Position numbers and translations under genes: made by a program. Shown here one piece after another: positions 56,861 to 64,000 of a DNA stretch of 64,000 nucleotides. The notes beneath the pieces were generated by a model that worked only from the letters and a program-made list of their open reading frames with translations, made no database searches and had not been told where the DNA came from. The stretch comes from Eledone cirrhosa (Eukaryota), in the NCBI GenBank assembly GCA_964016885.1, contig OZ024747.1, positions 20,274,001-20,338,000 of the forward strand, read 5' to 3'. The stretch's first letter is position 1; every line of letters begins with the position of its first letter.

Positions 56861-57240
56861 AAAATTAATAAAAACAATGAAATAGAAACAACGAACAACT
56901 TCCTTATATCAAAAGATCATCATTTTACGATCCTTTTGGGGATATATATGTGTGTTGGTATGAATATCATGTTTAAGATCTATGTAAAAATATTACAAAT
57001 TATCAGAGAAAATATACATGCCTTCATATATACATGCCGTCCTCGGAAATGATGAGATGTGTATATTAAAAAAAACAAATAATTGATATAAATAAACATG
57101 ATATACATACCAACACACATAAATCCCAGAAACGATCGTAAAATGATGAATTTTTCATATAAGGAACTTGTTCTTTGTTTTTATTTCATTGTTTTTATTA
57201 ATTTATCTCGACTCTGTTTTCCTATGACTTTTAATACATA
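56861..57240. mobile_element. Family P ~112-bp inverted repeat with a hammerhead 3' half
   Basis: 56862-56974 / 57093-57204; GAAA-cgatcg-TA at 57129-57140. Confidence 0.7.
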
Positions 57241-57331
57241 TTTTTGAATGCATCTTCTCTTTTTATGATATCTTCTATATTGAGTTCTTCTTACGGATTG
57301 GACACTACCGTATATTTTGATAGACTTATCT

Positions 57332-57388
<57 letters not shown>

Positions 57389-57443
57389 CTGTATATATAT
57401 ATATATATAATCTGTATATATATATATATAATCATATATTCAT

Positions 57444-57510
57444 ATATTTCGTCTGATGAGGACGTACTGAAAAAACAACACATTACCTTCAAAATATATA
57501 TAATAAAGCA
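57444..57510 (+). ncRNA. Degenerate hammerhead-like remnant
   Basis: tatttcgt-CTGATGA-gg...ccttc-aAAA-tatata-TA-ataaagca. Confidence 0.35.
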
Positions 57511-57556
57511 TATATTTTGATTATGTGAATATCTTCATTTGTTAATATTTGGAATA

Positions 57557-57592
<36 letters not shown>

Positions 57593-57601
57593 ATGTGTGT
57601 G

Positions 57602-57655
<54 letters not shown>

Positions 57656-58674
57656 CACACACACACACAAACATATATATATATATATTCTCATACACAC
57701 ACACACACACATATATTTGGGCGTTTGTCTAAAATTGTGTGTATATCTGTGTATATATGAATGTATTTGTGTGAATATATGCACATATATTATATATATT
57801 TATATGACTAATTTTACCAATACGTCAATCAAATTTCATGACGGTAGATTGTTATTTGAAGTAATCTTTTTGCTATTTCTTGTATGTGAAGCAGGAGTTG
57901 GACATTTCTTCGTTTGCTTATATATGATGTGTTTATATACACTAGTAGGTGTTGCCTTGTTGTCGTTTCTGCTGTTTTGTTTACACCCAGCTCATTTCTT
58001 ATGACATAGAATTTTGAGAAAACTGATTACATCGATAACCATTACTCGTACTCAGCAGCCGCAGGATATTTAGAGTTTAATTATCTAAACAGGTTGTCTT
58101 TCCTCCTAGATAAAGGTGGGCTTTCAATGAGATTTTATTTGATATATTTAGAGAACTAGAGTATCCCGTAGATCAAATGCTCTACGTTTGAATCCAAACA
58201 TCTATGAATAGATTTAACTTCACGATTGTATAGGGTAGATTGTGACAGTTTGCATAGCTGCCAATTCTTACGGAAACTTTGTGGAACTAGGTCATTCCTG
58301 ATACGCTCTTTCTTTCGCCAAATTCAGGCAATTTTCTTCAGCCATTCTCTACATGTTGAAGTGTTTAAAATATTTACCTCTGGAAACGAAAGCATGTCTG
58401 ATAATTTACCAGAAAAACAATACTCTCATTTATCTTCATGTCATGATTTCTCTTCTTCTCTTCTTCTCACAACTCCCGTTATCTCATTTTGGACCAAGAT
58501 AAATGTTTTCATATAATACTACATTTCGGACCAAATTACATGACAACCTGGAGTGAAAATCTATAAGCATAATGTAACCAATAAGAAGCTCCACCTGAAT
58601 ATGTAATTTAAATTGTATTGATTCACAGTGTACGTACGCTATTGTATGCATTATTATCATGAATTTTAGGGTTA

Positions 58675-58880
58675 TGGGTGTGCAGAATTGTTTGAGTGTC
58701 GAGCAAAATGCGTTGTCGCATTTAGTTACCGACTTTTACGTTCTGAGGACATCGCCTGAGGTCAATTCGGCCTTTTATCCTTTCAAAGCCGATAGATTAA
58801 AGTGCTAATCAAGTACTCGGAACCATATAATCGATATTCCACTACCCTGAATTGCAAGCCACGTGCCAAAATTATAAATA
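58675..58880 (+). mobile_element. Old diverged SINE
   Basis: gaggtcaattcggccttttatcctttcaaagccgatagattaaagt. Confidence 0.55.
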
Positions 58881-60573
58881 ATTATAATCATTTCTATTAG
58901 CAATGAAAAATACATGACATATTTTATATTGAAATATGTAAAGAATTTCTTCATTGTTTCGTACAATGTAAATCTGATGCTAGTTTTATTTGAACGCACA
59001 ATATCCCAAACGAAAACAACACAAAGATGACATATGATGCTACATCTGTCATGTCCCTAAACTAATTCATATAACAATGATTTAACAGAATAAAACTATT
59101 TTTAAACGCGAATTTTAAAGCAGATATTTCTCAATAGTTAGCCTATGGGTACATGACATGTTATATAGACAGCAATTATGTTATGACATTAGATTCATCT
59201 AAGTGTGGGATTTAGATAAGAAACACATTTTGTAGATGTGTTAACAAAATAATTCAACAAATATGATATCAAATACAATTCAAAAGTTTGTTTTGTAATG
59301 TATACCTAAGTCAATGAGATTAGATGGAACGTCATGATATAGGTAAATAAGACACTGCACATTAATTGAGCTTACGTTTAATTCCTTATCCATATTTTGC
59401 TTGTTTATTGATGCTTTGCAACATGACGTATAACACAAGAAAAACGAAGTATCGCCTAACTACTAGAAATACATACGAAATATCTCTCCCATCATATCAT
59501 CCTAAACTAACGAATCTACATTAGATAATGTAGTCCAAAACAAACTGTCTGAAGTAGAAATAAGGTACACTATGTTTCTGAAATTATTTGTGAATATTAT
59601 GGAGAGGAATCGAGCATTATTATACGTCTGTTTGGTCAAGACTGATCTCCTACCAATCAATATCAGCAACTACACTTTCAAATTTTTTTAATTGTTTTGT
59701 ATTTGCCAATCCCATTCCAGTTCAGTTACGAAGTTTCGTCACAAGTGGGAACATATAGTTACATTTTATTTATAAACATTTAACCACGTGGTCTCACGTT
59801 AAAAGAAGAGAAAAAACTCTTTACCATCTCTCACGAACAGAGATACACAATTACAAACATCCACACACACCGCGCAACTTTGAAGTCAACACAATCAGGA
59901 CAAAAAGGATTACTTATTTAGGCAAAAGGTAAAATATTTTGAGATAAAGGAAAAAGTCAAAAATAGTGACACAACTACTTTCCGAGTACTTTATTTTTTT
60001 CTCGATCTCAAAGGATTAAAACTACAATTGACCTCGTGGGATTTGAAGCCAGAGTATTAAGATCTGTAAGGAAATATAACAATTCATTTCATTAAACAGA
60101 TTAACTATTCAGCCAATCCACCAATATTCAGTAGAATAACAATAAGAACACTAACACATTGTTTCCACATTGACGCTAAGATGGATCTATAGTATTGAGA
60201 CTAATAATGTGGCGTTGCATGACTACTATTGATTAGTCACTGTATCGATTTATCATGGTCAATCAAGCTTCTGATCGATGGTAAAACAATGAACTAATTA
60301 AGCACCAAACTTCGCCTTCTATTTTCATAAACACACACACATACACACACATACACACACACACACACATACATACACACATGCACACACGCACTAACAC
60401 AGACACATATATTATATTACATCAAATTATATATTCGTATATATAAATTATATATACATGTATTTATATCTATATCTATATGTATATAAGTATATATGTA
60501 CACAAACACACATACACAAACACACACACACAAATACACACACGTACACACACCCACACCCACGCACACACAA

Positions 60574-60661
<88 letters not shown>

Positions 60662-61024
60662 GATAATAAGGGCGCTGTGGAGTTGCAAATGGGTTACATA
60701 TGAAAAAAGTTTGTCCTTCATCAGTGATCTTCCAACCATCATATGCATATATATATATATACATATATTTACAAATTTTAGTACAGCAGCAATGAAGCTT
60801 TTGGCGGCGGCCAAGCTAACGAATGCAGATTCGGAATGCAGCTTAGTACTCGGTGGAGAATATTACCCCAGTGTTATAACAATCCGTTTAGACAGCTTTG
60901 CAAATCAAATATAGCGACCGACAGTGTGGCCGCATTACCATAGCAACGAAAAAAACTGAACTCAGGAAAAAAATGTTGTGACTGACTTGCATATATTTAT
61001 ACATATATTTATATGCAATGAAAT

Positions 61025-61414
61025 CATATCCGCTCTCTTGCTCTGGAACCCTGACTCCAGCCTGACTAGGAGTAGGAAGCTGTCATTCCCTGACGTTATC
61101 TCTAGGGCGGTGGATTGGCAGTATCGGTAGAGGGTCGGACGCCATGCTCTACAGCATAGTTACGTCCCTTTACGATCTGAGTTCAAATCCCGCCGAGGTT
61201 GACTTTGCCTTTCATCCTTACGGGGTCGATAAAATAAAGTACCAGTAATGCACTGGGTAATTGCTGGCCTTGTGCCTAAAGTAGAAACAGTTATCTCTGG
61301 GGATACGGGAATCAGTAGACAGGACCTGGGGGCAGAGATGGAGGACAGGGAATTCTGGGGCATGAGAGTGAGATCCATCATCTCGACAGTAGTCGACGAA
61401 TGATGATGATGATG
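61025..61414 (+). mobile_element. RTE-like LINE 3' end interrupted by a SINE
   Basis: LLLWNPDSSLTRSRKLSFPDVIS|GDTGISRQDLGAEMEDREFWGMRVRSII followed by a (TGA)n tail. Confidence 0.7.
61105..61289 (+). mobile_element. tRNA-derived SINE, full length, 9-bp TSD
   Basis: gttatctct at 61095-61103 and 61290-61298. Confidence 0.93.
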
Positions 61415-61717
61415 ATATATATATAATTGTTTCTACTTTTGGCACAAGACCAGTACATTACTGGTAAATATATAATAATCACTATAACTGAAGATGCACC
61501 TGGGAGGAACAGATTCGCAACCGATTTTCAAAGGCTGCCACATAGCACTTAATGAGAGAGTACACAATAAGTTACTCCTCAGAGTAAGCACAATAAGTTA
61601 GACAATACTGACACAATAAAAATGCGATCAAAGGCATGTTGTTATATTAATACTACAACAACGAAAAGTACAGGCAGATTAAAGACGAGCGTGGACCTGA
61701 TCGATAGATATTAGATA

Positions 61718-61747
<30 letters not shown>

Positions 61748-61751
<4 letters not shown>

Positions 61752-61945
61752 AAAAGTTCAGGACCCCGACGGCAGAGCTCAAGCCGTTTCGACGGCTATT
61801 TCTGGACTGTCCAGAAATAGCTTTCTAAAATGCTTGAGCTCTGCCGTCGGGGTCCTGAACCTTTTTCTATTACCCACTCTACTACCCAGTATCGAGTACT
61901 CTGGTGCGTTATGGTCCACCTGGTTCCTTACCACACTTCCTTCAT
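61748..61945. mobile_element. Family G palindromic element, subfamily variant
   Basis: Palindrome ~61757-61860 centred near 61808. Confidence 0.8.
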
Positions 61946-62287
61946 TATATATATATATATATATATAATTCAACCCACGCTTGTCTGGAATTATGTCTGT
62001 AAATTTATGATACACAAACACATGCATACACTAAAACACACTCACACACACCCATAAACACACGCACAAACACACACATACACACACACACACATATATA
62101 TAGATATATGTATATATGTCGAGCCCGTTTGTCTACTAGCATATCATGAAAACATTATGCATCTGCTGGCATGTATTTTGAAGAGGGACATGTTTTGGTA
62201 TATGTTATACATAAAACTTTACATCTTCGAAATATATATAATAAAATAAATAGAGGTGATACAAAGTATATATCTATCGTTTATTGC

Positions 62288-62339
<52 letters not shown>

Positions 62340-62343
<4 letters not shown>

Positions 62344-63090
62344 GAATATATGATAGGGATAAACACTGATACAAGTATACATGTGTTTGCATTGCAAATG
62401 ACCAAGTTACCTAGATTGAAAAATACTAATTAAAATAATACGGTTTGCCTGTCTCGATTTAAAATAATAAATCAATTAAAACAAACCTATATTGGCAATA
62501 GCCGTGATACCTGGACAAATTTTAAATTTTAAATTTTAAATTTGTTTCGCAACAATTAAGTGAACTTTCCTATTCCTGTGCTCTTCTGCAGGTATCCACA
62601 AATTGGTAAGTTTCACTTCAAAATACTTAAGAAGACTGAGAGAAATGTGTTGTTGAACGCACATGTGTCCCAGCGTCAAGCACGTCCTATACTCGTGTCA
62701 CTAAAAATAGCAGCCGGTTTTATGGGAATAAAAAATGAGCTCAACGCATGGAGCCGAGAATATTATATATAGAGTTATAAACTCAAATAGTCTTTTACAA
62801 TTAAATAGCTCAAAGAAAGGAATATTTCTGAGCCGTGTAATACAAATGAATATATGATAGGGATAAACACTGATAGAAGTATACATGTGTTTGCATTGCA
62901 AATGACCAAGTTAGCTAGATTGAATTAATTAGTATTTTTCAATCTAGCTAACTTGGTCATTTGCAATGCAAACACATATATACTTGTATCAGTGTTTATC
63001 CCTATCATATATTCATTTGTATTACACGGCTCAGAAATATTCCTTTCTTTGAGCTATTTAACTGTAAAAGACTATTTGAGTTTACAACTC

Positions 63091-63099
<9 letters not shown>
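62340..63099. mobile_element. Family R element with a direct repeat plus an inverted repeat (PLE-like architecture)
   Basis: 62340-62420 repeats at 62844-62924; palindrome 62763-62924 / 62938-63099; (TA)n on both sides. Confidence 0.8.
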
Positions 63100-63142
<43 letters not shown>

Positions 63143-63148
<6 letters not shown>

Positions 63149-63680
63149 GACGTAAAATAAGAAAATTTTAAAAACATTAAAAATTAACTTACTTACTAAA
63201 ATTTTCACTCCAACTAATTAGTTTCTGTAATGGTCACGTGATCGATTCTTTAGAATCTGCCATTTGACGTGATTGATTCTTTAGAATCTGCCATTTGACC
63301 AGAGACAGCGAACTTTTTCAGTGCATGGAATTCAGTCCCCGTTAGCTGTTCCATCCACCGAATTTTTATTATTTTTATATGAGTCCCTAGTGTCCGCGCA
63401 TTGCCTAGAGACTTAGCTGAGAATAGACTCCCTGATGACGTAATGAATTCTCGATGGTTACATTATGTAACTATCTTTATCCCATTACAGAAACTAATTA
63501 GTTGGAGTGAAAATTTTAGTAAGTAAGTTAATTTGTAATGTTTTTAAAATGTTCTTATTTTACGTCTTTCATATAATTGTTCTGCATCCTCCTGCATTGA
63601 ACCACCTAGGTACTATGACATAACTTATGTATTTGCTAGCATTAGTGTACATCTGTACGCATATGTTGGTAGATATACTA

Positions 63681-63683
<3 letters not shown>
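63143..63683 (+). mobile_element. Family D element with an inverted 5' partial copy
   Basis: 63143-63232 is inverted relative to 63482-63573. Confidence 0.8.
63427..63508 (+). ncRNA. Type I hammerhead ribozyme (family D)
   Basis: actcc-CTGATGA-c gtaatg...cattac a-GAAA-ctaattag-TT-ggagt. Confidence 0.8.
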
Positions 63684-63765
<82 letters not shown>

Positions 63766-64000
63766 CCTTTACTTTGCATGGTTTAACTAATAGGTAGTTG
63801 TGTTTGAATTCCAGTCATTCCTAACAGTAATCATGATGCAATGAACTAAAGCACTCAAAATTAGGTGTATATTCCCTCATGTTTGCGGTATGTCTGGTAG
63901 AAGAAATGAGTTGAATACTTCAATGTATACATGAGAAGTCTGGATTCTTTCATTGCTGCCTACTTACAAAATATGTATTTCTGTGGATGATTTACGTCAC

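Noticed and set aside
58272-58379. Minus-strand exon candidate
   Set aside because: Stops in all three frames.

Overview
AT-rich animal DNA, probably a cephalopod such as octopus (inferred from the repeat landscape, not from a search). It is dominated by (TA)n/(CA)n/(GA)n microsatellites, and almost all ORFs in the supplied track are microsatellite artefacts. Supported content: (1) small minus-strand exons of an unidentified host gene (8777-8829, 3867-3927, 3472-3566, from 2459 down; possibly 50525-50565) that splice in frame; (2) about 20 copies of one tRNA-derived SINE; (3) decayed LINEs (Tx1/L1-like, two CR1-like, two RTE-like), a Penelope-like endonuclease C-terminus, a Helitron with a PIF1-helicase remnant, and mariner/hAT/pogo-type MITE pieces. 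The most striking signal is a dozen or more mutually dissimilar families of 100-700 bp non-coding elements sitting inside (TA)n tracts. They form inverted and/or tandem repeats, and many carry a type I hammerhead ribozyme (CUGANGA-stem II-GAAA-short, often palindromic stem III-UH). One family shows compensatory stem II changes across three copies, and two families have U3-A8 cores. I interpret these as Penelope-like pseudo-LTR/retrozyme-type mini-elements associated with TA microsatellites. All folds were read by eye and none were computed.
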